A DNA stretch of 64,000 nucleotides, from the sequence record NC_006883.2. One strand, written 5' to 3'. Below are positions 9,466 through 18,930 of this stretch, piece by piece (positions within the stretch are counted from its first letter, which is position 1; the number at the start of each line of letters is the position of its first letter). Position numbers and translations under genes: made by a program. The notes under the pieces are model-generated. The model was not told the origin of the DNA, did no database searches, and saw nothing but the letters and a program-made list of their open reading frames with translations.

Positions 9466-10069
9466 TATTCAATCTATTTTTCCAGTACCCATATACATGG
9501 ATAAAGCAGAGGGAGAAAATTTTAAATTAATTCAAGAGGAACTCCTTTCTATCACTGAAAAAATTGAATTTTCTCAAAGAAAGGGGTGGAATAAAGATAC
9601 TCATATGTTGAATAAAGATCCTTTTTCTACTAATTTTTTATTTGACAACAATTGCCAAAATACTGTGAGATTTATCTATGAATCTGCTACCGAGTATGTT
9701 CAAAATATTGCTGGTCATCCTGATTATCAATATAGTATAATAGAATCTTGGATAACTAAAACATTAAAAGGTCAGTATGCTCATGAACATCATCATGGTG
9801 CTACTGATATTTCAGGGGTATATTATATTAACACTAATGGAGAAGATGGTAATTTGATATTTGATAATATTCACAGTCAAATGGCTGGTAATTTTGTATT
9901 TTCTTCATTGGTTTTTGATCACAAACTGCCTTTAGAAAATGGTTTACTTATTCTTTGGCCAGGACTACTTAGACATAGAACACAAGAAAACACTACTGAT
10001 AATGAAAGATTGAGTTTAAGTTTTAATATTATGATAGGAAGAAAGGGGTTTGTAGTAGAAAATGGTTAG
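9458..10069 (+). CDS. 2OG-Fe(II) oxygenase (TIGR02466-like)
   Basis: SIFPVPIY start, HHHGATDISGVYY, LILWPGLLRH, RLSLSFN. Confidence 0.85.
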   Translation: MGNIQSIFPVPIYMDKAEGENFKLIQEELLSITEKIEFSQRKGWNKDTHMLNKDPFSTNFLFDNNCQNTVRFIYESATEYVQNIAGHPDYQYSIIESWITKTLKGQYAHEHHHGATDISGVYYINTNGEDGNLIFDNIHSQMAGNFVFSSLVFDHKLPLENGLLILWPGLLRHRTQENTTDNERLSLSFNIMIGRKGFVVENG

Positions 10070-11204
10070 TGCGAGAATCAATTTAGATCATTACTTTGAT
10101 CCTAATGAAAAGAGAATCAGAGTTGCTTTCATAAAGTTCTGTGGTATGGCTACAGGTGGTACTGAGAAGGTTCTACAAACTATTGCTTCAAACTTAGATA
10201 AGAATAAGTTTCTAGTAGATTTTTATTACTGTGATTCTGCACCTTATATTGGATCTGATTTCGTTCATCCTGATAATGATCTTGATAGGATGGCATATTG
10301 TTATGCTGGTGGTGTAAGATTAATTAAGTTTTTTGTAAAGAATAAAGATCTAAGAGTTCCCACACACGATTGGATAGGTACTGATTTCTGGGATGTATTT
10401 AAAGAGAGTAGATATGATGTAATACAGACTGGTCGTGCTGGACATCCAGAATATCCTTTCACCTTAATTAATAACACTCCTATAGTTGATAGTATTCATC
10501 TGGCAGGGATGGCAGAGGATAAACCAAATGTATATAAGACAGTTTTAATATCTAAGGATCAAAGGGACAGATGGGTTAGTGCTGGTGGTCCTAGAGATAG
10601 ATCGGTAATCATACCAAACCCAGTAGAGATACCTGATTATACTGACAGTTATATACAGAAATTAAAATTAAGAAGGAAGTTTGTATTTGGTATGCATCAA
10701 AGAGATGATGATGGTATCTTCTCTAGTATTCCTTTAGATGCATATAAAACTATTGAAAGTGATAAGACTCATTTTATAATGTTAGGTGGAAGTGCTAGAT
10801 ATAAAAAGCAAGCAGAAGATCTTGGTATTAAGAATATTACTTTCTTACCAACGGTGTCTGATTTAGAATCTATTCATAAGTTTTTGAACACATTAAAGGT
10901 ATATTCACACGGTAGAGCAGATGGCGAACAGTGTTCTTGTGCTATAATAGAAGCACTAGCACATAATTTACCTGTGATTAGTCATACTGCACCTAGTATG
11001 GGTCATTTAGAACAGATAGGTAATGCTGGTAAAGTGGTTTCTAATCCTGTTGAATACTCTGAGGTAATGATTAAATTGATTGAGGATAAGGAATATTATA
11101 AAGAATGTTCTACTAATGCAAAGAAAAGGTTTGATTCTATCTATGGTATGGATGCAATTATATCAAGATACTCTGCCATCTATGAGGAAATAAAAAATGG
11201 ATGA
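10062..11204 (+). CDS. GT-B glycosyltransferase (GT4-like)
   Basis: GGTEKVL; GEQCSCAIIEALAHNLPVI (E-x7-E). Confidence 0.85.
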   Translation: MVSARINLDHYFDPNEKRIRVAFIKFCGMATGGTEKVLQTIASNLDKNKFLVDFYYCDSAPYIGSDFVHPDNDLDRMAYCYAGGVRLIKFFVKNKDLRVPTHDWIGTDFWDVFKESRYDVIQTGRAGHPEYPFTLINNTPIVDSIHLAGMAEDKPNVYKTVLISKDQRDRWVSAGGPRDRSVIIPNPVEIPDYTDSYIQKLKLRRKFVFGMHQRDDDGIFSSIPLDAYKTIESDKTHFIMLGGSARYKKQAEDLGIKNITFLPTVSDLESIHKFLNTLKVYSHGRADGEQCSCAIIEALAHNLPVISHTAPSMGHLEQIGNAGKVVSNPVEYSEVMIKLIEDKEYYKECSTNAKKRFDSIYGMDAIISRYSAIYEEIKNG

Positions 11205-11835
11205 TATATCTTACACTAAACATAATTCTCATTATGTTCAGGACTCTGCTCTTAGTGCAGAGAAAATGGCACATGAAAGAAACAATATAGAAAACTTTAA
11301 ATTTTTATATCAACCAGATGTTCCTCACGGTGATGTATTAGACAGTACTAAATTTAAAACTGCTGTTGATATTGGATCTGGTACTGGATGGTTTGCTAAT
11401 TATCTTGTTAATGAGAGAAAGTATAGTAAGGTATATGCAATAGAACCATCTGAATCTGCTATTGATATTTCTAAACAAATATATCCTGATCAGAAGAAAG
11501 TGAAATATATAAATGGGTTTGCTGAAGAAGAGTTATCAAAAATAAAGTTGACAAAACCTTCTTTATTTTCTACTTTATGTGTTCTAACTCATCTTAAGAA
11601 TGAAACTGTAATACCTATTTTAAGTGCTGTTGATAAGATCGCACAAACTGGATCTGTTCTTGCTTGTTCAGAGGCTTGGGGTATTAGACATATAGAAGAT
11701 GCTTGGAATATCAGATCACCTGAATGGTGGGTTGAGAATCTTCCTAATTGGGAATTTGAATTCTATAATGATTATGTTCTTCCTCATCCAACAGATCATC
11801 CACGTTACAAAGGATTTATTGCTACTAAATTATGA
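11197..11835 (+). CDS. Class I SAM-dependent methyltransferase
   Basis: AVDIGSGTGWFA, YAIEPS. Confidence 0.85.
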   Translation: MDDISYTKHNSHYVQDSALSAEKMAHERNNIENFKFLYQPDVPHGDVLDSTKFKTAVDIGSGTGWFANYLVNERKYSKVYAIEPSESAIDISKQIYPDQKKVKYINGFAEEELSKIKLTKPSLFSTLCVLTHLKNETVIPILSAVDKIAQTGSVLACSEAWGIRHIEDAWNIRSPEWWVENLPNWEFEFYNDYVLPHPTDHPRYKGFIATKL

Positions 11836-12626
11836 TTAGTTTTAACAGTCTTGGAAATCTTGGTAGACTTGCTAACCAGATGTTTCAGTATGCTTCATTA
11901 AAAGGTATTGCCAAGAATAGGGGTTTTGATTTTGTCATACCACCTGAAAGTAAGTTTGGAGAATCAGATCCTTTAGTTAGAAGTGATCCTCTTAATATAC
12001 ATAATTGTTTTTATGTTGGTAAACATACTGAGATGGGATTGTATCCTAATGATATGTTTGGTGAAAGGATGCACACCTTTGATAAGGATTTATTTGAACA
12101 GTGTCCTGATAATATAGATCTATTTGGATATTTTCAAACACCAAAGTATTTTAATCATATTGAAGATGAGATAAGAAAAGATTTTTCTTTCTCTAAGGAG
12201 TTGAATGATAGTTGTCAGGATGTAGTGAATAGTTTGGGTGATGATCCAATCTCACTTCATATTCGTAGAACTGATTACAAAGCAAATCCAAATCATCCCT
12301 TACAAACGATAGAGTATTATCAGAGTGCTTTAGATAAGTTACCTAAAGATTCTCCTGTGATTGTATTCTCGGATGATCCTGAGTGGTGTGAGAACCATGA
12401 AGCGTTCTCTGATGATAGGTTTGCTATATCAAATAACGCAGCAGACTTCGATCTATGTTTAATGACTTTATGTAAGTATCATATTATTGCTAACTCATCT
12501 TACTCTTGGTGGGGTGCTTGGTTAGGTAAGAGTGATATGGTTATCGCACCTAAGAATTGGTTTGGTGCTAGTTGTGCTCATAAATCTGTAGAGGATATGC
12601 AATTCGGAGGTTGGATCTGGTTATGA
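11832..12626 (+). CDS. Alpha-1,2-fucosyltransferase (GT11)
   Basis: GRLANQMFQYA, GYFQ, SLHIRRTDY, VFSDD, IIANSSYSWWGAWL. Confidence 0.92.
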   Translation: MISFNSLGNLGRLANQMFQYASLKGIAKNRGFDFVIPPESKFGESDPLVRSDPLNIHNCFYVGKHTEMGLYPNDMFGERMHTFDKDLFEQCPDNIDLFGYFQTPKYFNHIEDEIRKDFSFSKELNDSCQDVVNSLGDDPISLHIRRTDYKANPNHPLQTIEYYQSALDKLPKDSPVIVFSDDPEWCENHEAFSDDRFAISNNAADFDLCLMTLCKYHIIANSSYSWWGAWLGKSDMVIAPKNWFGASCAHKSVEDMQFGGWIWL

Positions 12627-13486
12627 TTAATTTATTTTATGAAGAGGATTATTGGCGTGGTGCTAGAACTTTAAATGGTCCTAAAAAGGTTATTGACAAT
12701 TTAAAGGCATCTTTAGAACAAGAGAAGATACCTTATGCTATTAATGAAGAGAAGTATAAGAATAACTTCTTAGTTCAGTATGACTATAATGCATATCTAA
12801 AACATTCTAAACTTACATTAGAGAACTGTGTGATAGGTCCACAGATATGGATGTTTGATTCTCATATAGAACTAAAGGAGAATCCACATTATTATAAGTC
12901 TATTATTACACCATCTCAGTGGGTAAAGGATCTTTATGTAAGTAAGTTTGGATACCCAGAAGAAAAGATATCTGTCTGGCCAGTTGGTATTACATTACCC
13001 AAATACAAAAGAGAGAAGAAGTATGGGTGTTTGGTTTACTATAAACGTAGAGATGAAGCATCATTATCTAAGGTTAGAGAACTACTAGCAGATAGGCATA
13101 TAACATATAATGTTATGGAGTATGGTCAATATTCTCAGAATGCACTTGAGATACTTGCACCAGAATCAGAATTTTGTTTTGTATTAAATGGGACAGAAAG
13201 TCAGGGTATAGCAATCCAAGAGATTATGAGTTATAACACTCCTATGTTTGTATGGGATATTGAATCTTGGGAGGATCAAGGACCAGAATGGTCTGTTCCA
13301 GCAACATCGATTCCATATTGGTCTGATGAATGTGGTGAAAGATTTGTTAACGCTGATGATATGGACGTGACATTTGATAAGTTTTATAGTAGAATAGGTG
13401 AATATAATCCTCGTAAATATGTTGAGGATAATTTATCTTACAAGAAATCAGTAGAAAAGTTATTGGAGATTTTCGATGCTAATTAG
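12623..13486 (+). CDS. Putative GT-B glycosyltransferase
   Basis: TESQGIAIQEIMSYNTPMFV resembles the GT4 donor-binding motif. Confidence 0.6.
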   Translation: MINLFYEEDYWRGARTLNGPKKVIDNLKASLEQEKIPYAINEEKYKNNFLVQYDYNAYLKHSKLTLENCVIGPQIWMFDSHIELKENPHYYKSIITPSQWVKDLYVSKFGYPEEKISVWPVGITLPKYKREKKYGCLVYYKRRDEASLSKVRELLADRHITYNVMEYGQYSQNALEILAPESEFCFVLNGTESQGIAIQEIMSYNTPMFVWDIESWEDQGPEWSVPATSIPYWSDECGERFVNADDMDVTFDKFYSRIGEYNPRKYVEDNLSYKKSVEKLLEIFDAN

Positions 13487-14096
13487 TTTTAAAGACTTAG
13501 TTAAAAAATATGACCTAAAGATTAGAGGCATTATTCATATTGGTGGTCATCATGGTGAAGAATTAGAAGATTATATTGATGAAGGAATTCAGAATATACT
13601 TTTATTTGAACCTTTAAGTGATTGTTTTGATGTTATAGGATATAAGTGTCAAGATTTAAATGCTAATATTCAAGGGCATCAAGTTGCATTGGGTTCTGAA
13701 AGAGGAATTAAGAAGATGTATGTGAGTGATAATGAAAAGCAAAGTAGTTCTATTTTGAAACCAAAAGTTCATTTAACACATCATCCTCATGTAAAGTTTG
13801 TTGAAACAGAAAACGTAGAGGTTCATCTTTTAGATGATTATATTAAGGATGTTAAAAATTATAATTTTATTAATATGGATGTTCAAGGATATGAACTTGA
13901 AGTATTAAAGGGTGGGAAGAAAGTATTAGAGAATATTAATTATGTTTATTGTGAAGTGAATCGTGATGAGGTTTATGAGAATAATGCATATGTAGAAGAG
14001 ATTGATGAGTTCCTCGCTGATTATGGTATGGAAAGAGTAGAAACCAATTGGGCAGGTGACATTTGGGGTGATGCACTTTATATAAGAACAAAATGA
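13476..14096 (+). CDS. FkbM-family methyltransferase
   Basis: IHIGGHHGEE, FEP, MDVQGYELEVLKG. Confidence 0.9.
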   Translation: MLISFKDLVKKYDLKIRGIIHIGGHHGEELEDYIDEGIQNILLFEPLSDCFDVIGYKCQDLNANIQGHQVALGSERGIKKMYVSDNEKQSSSILKPKVHLTHHPHVKFVETENVEVHLLDDYIKDVKNYNFINMDVQGYELEVLKGGKKVLENINYVYCEVNRDEVYENNAYVEEIDEFLADYGMERVETNWAGDIWGDALYIRTK

Positions 14097-14788
14097 AAAT
14101 TTGTATTTTAACCATAGCAACAAACAAATATATTCAGTTTGTTGAAAAGTTATATGATAATATTGATGATCATTTTTTAAATGGACATGAAATAGAAGGT
14201 ATAATTTTTACTGATCAGGAAGTAGAATCTTCTGATAATATTAAAATATCTCAGATAGAACATGAACCTTGGCCAGTTCCTACTTTGAAGAGATACAATT
14301 ACTTTATGAAAGAAGCAGAGCATATCTCTAAGTATGATTACTGCTTCTATTTTGATGTAGATATGGGTATAGTAGATAAGGTTGGTGATGAGGTCTTAGG
14401 TGATCTTGTTGCTACTATGCATCCATATCAATCTTTTGCTCCTAAGATACAAAGATCATATGATCGTAATCCAAAGTCATTAGCATATGTTCCTTTATAT
14501 GATGAGGGTGAACATTACTATGCTGGTGGATTCAATGGTGGATCTACTAAGAGATTCCTAGAGATGGCAGAGGTTATTGCTGATAGGGTTAATAAGGATC
14601 TTGAGAATGATGTTATTGCTTTATGGCACGATGAGTCGCATTTGAACAGGTATTTGATTGATAATCCACCAACCATAAGTTTAACCCCTTCATATTGTTT
14701 TGCAGAGGAACAGATGAGTAACTTAGAATATCCATATAAACCAAAAATTATTGCATTGAAGAAGGATCATAATGAACTTAGATCTTAG
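14093..14788 (+). CDS. Glycosyltransferase family 6 (ABO/alpha-1,3-Gal(NAc) transferase-like)
   Basis: IATNKY, YFDVDM, YYAGGFNGG, WHDESHLN (the last is identical to the ABO motif). Confidence 0.9.
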   Translation: MKICILTIATNKYIQFVEKLYDNIDDHFLNGHEIEGIIFTDQEVESSDNIKISQIEHEPWPVPTLKRYNYFMKEAEHISKYDYCFYFDVDMGIVDKVGDEVLGDLVATMHPYQSFAPKIQRSYDRNPKSLAYVPLYDEGEHYYAGGFNGGSTKRFLEMAEVIADRVNKDLENDVIALWHDESHLNRYLIDNPPTISLTPSYCFAEEQMSNLEYPYKPKIIALKKDHNELRS

Positions 14789-15410
14789 AACTGTATCAGC
14801 AGTCTATATCAATCTCAAGAAGGATGTAAAAAAAGATTTTGAGATGAAGAGGTTGATGGTTGACTTTGGATTCAAGAATGTTATTCGTGTAGAAGGTAAT
14901 GTTATACCCGATAGACATCTTGCTGGATGTTCTCTCTCACACTATAATGCTCTACATGAAATAGATCCACCCTTTATTATCTTTGAGGATGATTGTGTAA
15001 TCAAAAACAATACACCAGAGATAGAAATACCTGATGATGCAGATGCAGTTTATCTTGGTGTGTCTTCTTGGGGTAGAATGAACTCACACTCAGGACCATT
15101 TGTTCAGTATGAAAAGGTTGATGAAAATCTTGTAAGGGTGTATAATATGCTTGGTGCTCACGCAATATTATATCTGAATCAAGAGTATGCTTCTATGTGT
15201 AGTAGAATCGCTCAGAATGGATATGATATAGCAGATCATCAAGATATAGGATTCGCAGAGATTCAAAGGTACTTTAATGTATATGCCTTTAATGATCCTC
15301 TGTTCTATCAGACAAGTTCTAATGGAACTAATGAACCATTAACTTCATATCCTACACAAGAATTGATGCAACCACATCGTTCATTCTGGAAACCAACAGC
15401 TTTATACTAA
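14772..15410 (+). CDS. GT25-like glycosyltransferase
   Basis: VYINLKK, GCSLSH, IIFEDD. Confidence 0.7.
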   Translation: MNLDLRTVSAVYINLKKDVKKDFEMKRLMVDFGFKNVIRVEGNVIPDRHLAGCSLSHYNALHEIDPPFIIFEDDCVIKNNTPEIEIPDDADAVYLGVSSWGRMNSHSGPFVQYEKVDENLVRVYNMLGAHAILYLNQEYASMCSRIAQNGYDIADHQDIGFAEIQRYFNVYAFNDPLFYQTSSNGTNEPLTSYPTQELMQPHRSFWKPTALY

Positions 15411-16315
15411 TGAGTAAACCCCTAAGTTTAGTAACAGGTGCAGCAGGTTTTATTGGATCAAACCTGACTGACTATCTTCTTGATTTAGATCATCAAGTTA
15501 TATGTGTTGATAATAAGAGTGCTGATAATGATAAGTTCCATTGGAACGATAAGGCATGGAATGTAGATTGTGATATAACAGATTACAAAGCTATGAAGAA
15601 TGTATTCAACAAGGTTGATTATGTTTTTCACTTGGCAGCAGAGTCAAGAATACAATCTGCAATAGACAATCCTATACAGGCAGTTCAGAGGAATTGTGTA
15701 GGTACTGCTACGGTGCTACAGTGTGCTAGAGAAGCTGGCGTAAAGAGATTTGTATATTCTTCAACCTCTTCTGGTTACGGTAATAATCCTTTTCCAAATG
15801 TAGAGACACAACCAGATGATTGTCTGAATCCTTATTCTGCAACTAAGGTTGCTGGTGAGAAACTATGTAAGATGTATACTAATCTCTATGGGTTAGAGAC
15901 AGTTGTTCTTAGATACTTTAATGTCTTTGGGCAGAGATCCCCTACAAAGGGGCAGTATGCTCCTGTGATTGGTATATTCAGAAGGCAGTTAGATAGTAAA
16001 GAACCATTAACTATTGTTGGTGATGGATCTCAGAGAAGAGATTTTGTTCATGTTAATGATGTAGCAAGAGCAAATTATCTTGCATCAATATTACCACTTC
16101 AAGGACACGAGGGTGAAGTGTTTAATGTGGGTAGTGGAAAGAACTATTCTGTTCAAGAGATTGCAGATGTTATTTCTGATAATCAAGTTTATCTTCCAAA
16201 GAGAGAAGGTGAGATGGACACTACTCTTGCTAACATAGATAAGATTGGTAGTATAATAGGATGGAAACCTGAAGTGGATGTAATGGATTGGATTAAAGGT
16301 GAGATGAATGGATAA
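15410..16315 (+). CDS. NAD-dependent sugar-nucleotide epimerase (GalE-like)
   Basis: TGAAGFIGS, SSTSSGYG, NPYSATK, LRYFNVFG, RDFVHVND. Confidence 0.9.
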   Translation: MSKPLSLVTGAAGFIGSNLTDYLLDLDHQVICVDNKSADNDKFHWNDKAWNVDCDITDYKAMKNVFNKVDYVFHLAAESRIQSAIDNPIQAVQRNCVGTATVLQCAREAGVKRFVYSSTSSGYGNNPFPNVETQPDDCLNPYSATKVAGEKLCKMYTNLYGLETVVLRYFNVFGQRSPTKGQYAPVIGIFRRQLDSKEPLTIVGDGSQRRDFVHVNDVARANYLASILPLQGHEGEVFNVGSGKNYSVQEIADVISDNQVYLPKREGEMDTTLANIDKIGSIIGWKPEVDVMDWIKGEMNG

Positions 16316-17099
16316 GAATAAAGCATCTAGTAAACTTAAGGGTTTTCCTCATGTATACTGTATTAACCTTGATGGTGAACCACATAGATGGGAATCTATG
16401 AAAACGATGCTTGAGTATTGGGAAGTAGAAAACTATACTCGTATCTCTGCTTATGATGGTAGAGAGGATGATCTAAGTGATATTCTTAAAGGTAGATACC
16501 CAGATTCTATGACTGGTGGTGAGGTTGGATGTACTACTTCACATCTAAAAGCACTTAAGGAATTTCTTAAGACAGATCAACCTTGTGCTATTGTTATGGA
16601 AGATGATTGTGATCTAAGTCCAGTAGCACACTGGGGATTTACTTGGAAGGATTTCTTTTCAAAGATTCCTTATGATTATGATGTAATTCAATTAGCAATT
16701 ATTAATCCAGCACAGGTACACCTACAGATGCATCGTAGGTTTGTAAATGATTTTTCTACTGCTTGCTATTTGATTACAAGACACCACGCAGAGAAACTTG
16801 TTAGATTACATTGTAGGGGTGAGGATAAGTATAAGTTAGATCAAGGTGTTAAACCTAGAGCAGTTGCAGATGATTTAATATACAATTCAGGTAATACATT
16901 CGCTATGCCACTCTTTCTCTATAAGATTGAGTTAGGATCTTCGATACATGATATTCATATCAATGTATTTCATAAGACAAGTTACGAAGGACTATGGCAG
17001 TTCTGGAGAAACGAATCTCCTAACATTACTGATTGGAATGCTTTGTTTTCGTATGATCCGTACTTCAACCGTATTCCACCAGGTTTTGAAGGTAAGTAA
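16308..17099 (+). CDS. Glycosyltransferase family 25
   Basis: YCINLD, GEVGCTTSH, VMEDD. Confidence 0.85.
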   Translation: MDKNKASSKLKGFPHVYCINLDGEPHRWESMKTMLEYWEVENYTRISAYDGREDDLSDILKGRYPDSMTGGEVGCTTSHLKALKEFLKTDQPCAIVMEDDCDLSPVAHWGFTWKDFFSKIPYDYDVIQLAIINPAQVHLQMHRRFVNDFSTACYLITRHHAEKLVRLHCRGEDKYKLDQGVKPRAVADDLIYNSGNTFAMPLFLYKIELGSSIHDIHINVFHKTSYEGLWQFWRNESPNITDWNALFSYDPYFNRIPPGFEGK

Positions 17100-17115
17100 T
17101 ATTAATTAACTTTAT

Positions 17116-17137
17116 GGGGGTCATTAGACCCCCTTTT
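17116..17137 (+). terminator. Rho-independent terminator
   Basis: GGGGGTC-atta-GACCCCC-TTTT. Confidence 0.8.
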
Positions 17138-17158
17138 CATTGTTCGGATACCACTATT

Positions 17159-17215
17159 GTTACACTTCTTTACAAAGGTTAAGGTTTACTATATAATTAT
17201 GTAAAGAAACGTTAC
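17159..17215 (+). promoter_or_regulatory. sigma70-like promoter of the hli cluster flanked by two HLR1 (RpaB)-like sites
   Basis: TTTACA 17169-17174, 17 bp, TATAAT 17192-17197; GTTACACT-tc-TTTACAAA at 17159-17176 and (minus strand) GTAACGTT-tc-TTTACATA at 17198-17215. Confidence 0.65.
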
Positions 17216-17228
17216 AAACAAAAGTTCA

Positions 17229-17447
17229 ATGACTTCTTCATCAACAACTGAAAAGTATACCGTTACTGAATACGGCAAACAGAATATGTTTGGAGCAGAG
17301 GTAACACCTTGGGTTGACGAGAACGACAACTACGAAGGTTATGCTTTAAATGCTGAGAAAACTAATGGTCGTTGGGCCATGATCGGTTTCATAGCACTCA
17401 TCGGTGCTTATGTAACAACAGGTCAAATTATTCCAGGAGTATTTTAA
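17229..17447 (+). CDS. hli: High-light inducible protein
   Basis: AEKTNGRWAMIGF...TGQIIPGVF. Confidence 0.95.
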   Translation: MTSSSTTEKYTVTEYGKQNMFGAEVTPWVDENDNYEGYALNAEKTNGRWAMIGFIALIGAYVTTGQIIPGVF

Positions 17448-17561
17448 ATGAACTACTGGAAGAACGCAGAACAAATCAATGGTCGCCTTGCGATGATGGG
17501 TTTCTTCGCTGCCGTAATTAACTACGGATTTACAGGCTGGGTTATACCTGGCATATTTTGA
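17448..17561 (+). CDS. hli: High-light inducible protein (37 aa, not in track)
   Basis: MNYWKNAEQINGRLAMMGFFAAVINYGFTGWVIPGIF*. Confidence 0.92.
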   Translation: MNYWKNAEQINGRLAMMGFFAAVINYGFTGWVIPGIF

Positions 17562-17605
17562 GATAAAAGGTCTCTTACACTTCTACCCCTATTAATCTAA
17601 GAACA

Positions 17606-17713
17606 ATGACTCCAGAAGCAGAAAAATTTAACGGTTGGATGGCAATGATCGGTTTCGTAGCCGCATTCGGTGCTTATGCAACAACAGGACAAATCATTCC
17701 AGGTATTTTCTAA
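17606..17713 (+). CDS. hli: High-light inducible protein (35 aa, not in track)
   Basis: MTPEAEKFNGWMAMIGFVAAFGAYATTGQIIPGIF*. Confidence 0.92.
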   Translation: MTPEAEKFNGWMAMIGFVAAFGAYATTGQIIPGIF

Positions 17714-17826
17714 TGAACAACAAACAAATCTTTTTAAGAGCAAATGGTCGTGCAGCAATGATCGGCTTCCTTGTACTCTGTGCATCATACGCAACAACAG
17801 GCAACCTTATTCCAGGTATAGTTTAA
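17713..17826 (+). CDS. hli: High-light inducible protein (37 aa)
   Basis: MNNKQIFLRANGRAAMIGF...TGNLIPGIV*; lacks the usual Glu of AExxNG. Confidence 0.85.
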   Translation: MNNKQIFLRANGRAAMIGFLVLCASYATTGNLIPGIV

Positions 17827-17969
17827 TGACAAAGCAAACACAAAAAACTGAAGACAAGGTAGATTTTTCTATCGCTGAGAAATGGAATGGCATTGCTGCC
17901 ATCGTTGGATGTGGAGCACTTATCGTGTCCTACTCACTATCAGGTCAAATCATTCCAGGTTTCGTTTAA
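17826..17969 (+). CDS. hli: High-light inducible protein (47 aa, divergent)
   Basis: AEKWNGIAAIVG...SGQIIPGFV*. Confidence 0.85.
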   Translation: MTKQTQKTEDKVDFSIAEKWNGIAAIVGCGALIVSYSLSGQIIPGFV

Positions 17970-18097
17970 TGAACGTCCCAACTTACGACATTCCAGCATC
18001 ACCAATCCTTCTTTTAGGATTTGCTGGAATCGCAGTTGCACTCTTCACACTTTATACTGTGAACAAAGCATACGCAAACTCACCCTTTAAGTCATGA
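17969..18097 (+). CDS. 42-aa single-TM protein
   Basis: MNVPTYDIPASPILLLGFAGIAVALFTLYTVNKAYANSPFKS*; TAATG-coupled. Confidence 0.65.
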   Translation: MNVPTYDIPASPILLLGFAGIAVALFTLYTVNKAYANSPFKS

Positions 18098-18180
18098 AAG
18101 CACTCATCCAAACCCTATTCTTAGGAACTGTTGCAGCAACAGTTATATACGCACCATCTATGGCATACGTGGTAGTATAA
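18094..18180 (+). CDS. 28-aa hydrophobic peptide (not in track)
   Basis: MKALIQTLFLGTVAATVIYAPSMAYVVV*. Confidence 0.5.
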   Translation: MKALIQTLFLGTVAATVIYAPSMAYVVV

Positions 18181-18299
18181 TGACTTGCACTTTATTTACA
18201 ATCAAAAGATCTACTTTAGTAAAATTACTCGTGGTAATCAACTTACCTTGGATAGCGGTTTCTGCTACAGCAGGTTCCCTGATTAGTATAATTACCTAG
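18180..18299 (+). CDS. 39-aa hydrophobic peptide (not in track)
   Basis: MTCTLFTIKRSTLVKLLVVINLPWIAVSATAGSLISIIT*. Confidence 0.5.
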   Translation: MTCTLFTIKRSTLVKLLVVINLPWIAVSATAGSLISIIT

Positions 18300-18355
18300 T
18301 GCAAATCTTAACATATCTAAATATTTACTCGTAGCATATCAGCATACCAAAATAA

Positions 18356-18553
18356 ATGAGCGAATTCCAAGTAGCAACAGATACATTCCCAATATGGAAA
18401 GCAGTCCTATGGATCTTTTATCCTATGGCAGCACTTGTAATGGTGGAACTACTTCTACGTGGATTCGATGACGATGATGATGACGATGGTGGTAAAGGAA
18501 TCAGAATCCGTTCACAGGAAATGACTCCAGCATACGCACCATCAGGAGCATGA
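18356..18553 (+). CDS. Small membrane protein with poly-Asp tract
   Basis: TM segment followed by DDDDDDDGGKG. Confidence 0.75.
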   Translation: MSEFQVATDTFPIWKAVLWIFYPMAALVMVELLLRGFDDDDDDDGGKGIRIRSQEMTPAYAPSGA

Positions 18554-18654
18554 TCGATTATTCTCATCAGTATTGGAGATACGCAGAACGTTGGAATGGA
18601 CGTTTAGCAATGGTTGGAGTACTTATTTTAGTTTTAAAAACATGTATCAATTAA
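18550..18654 (+). CDS. hli: High-light inducible protein (34 aa, C-terminally short; not in track)
   Basis: MIDYSHQYWRYAERWNGRLAMVGVLILVLKTCIN*. Confidence 0.85.
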   Translation: MIDYSHQYWRYAERWNGRLAMVGVLILVLKTCIN

Positions 18655-18716
18655 TTTTCGTAGCAGCAGTAGCAGTTACTGTATATACAAACGGTTTATC
18701 TTTCGTATTTCAATGA
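18642..18716 (+). CDS. 24-aa hydrophobic peptide (not in track)
   Basis: MYQLIFVAAVAVTVYTNGLSFVFQ*. Confidence 0.45.
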   Translation: MYQLIFVAAVAVTVYTNGLSFVFQ

Positions 18717-18826
18717 TACCACTCGCAGTTTTATTAACATCACTACCACCAGGCTCTAGGGATTTAGTAGAGTTTGGATTTTTTGTGACGGTAGGGATTA
18801 CAGCAGGTTCACTGGGACTAATATAA
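18713..18826 (+). CDS. 37-aa membrane peptide (not in track)
   Basis: MIPLAVLLTSLPPGSRDLVEFGFFVTVGITAGSLGLI*. Confidence 0.55.
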   Translation: MIPLAVLLTSLPPGSRDLVEFGFFVTVGITAGSLGLI

Positions 18827-18930
18827 TGGAAACTTTTAAAATGACTTTGATGATACTAGGGACAGTTGTATCATTTACAACTCTCTGGATGACAATGATG
18901 TATTACATGATGAAAGAAGACAATGGTTAA
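18826..18930 (+). CDS. 34-aa Met-rich membrane peptide (not in track)
   Basis: METFKMTLMILGTVVSFTTLWMTMMYYMMKEDNG*. Confidence 0.5.
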   Translation: METFKMTLMILGTVVSFTTLWMTMMYYMMKEDNG

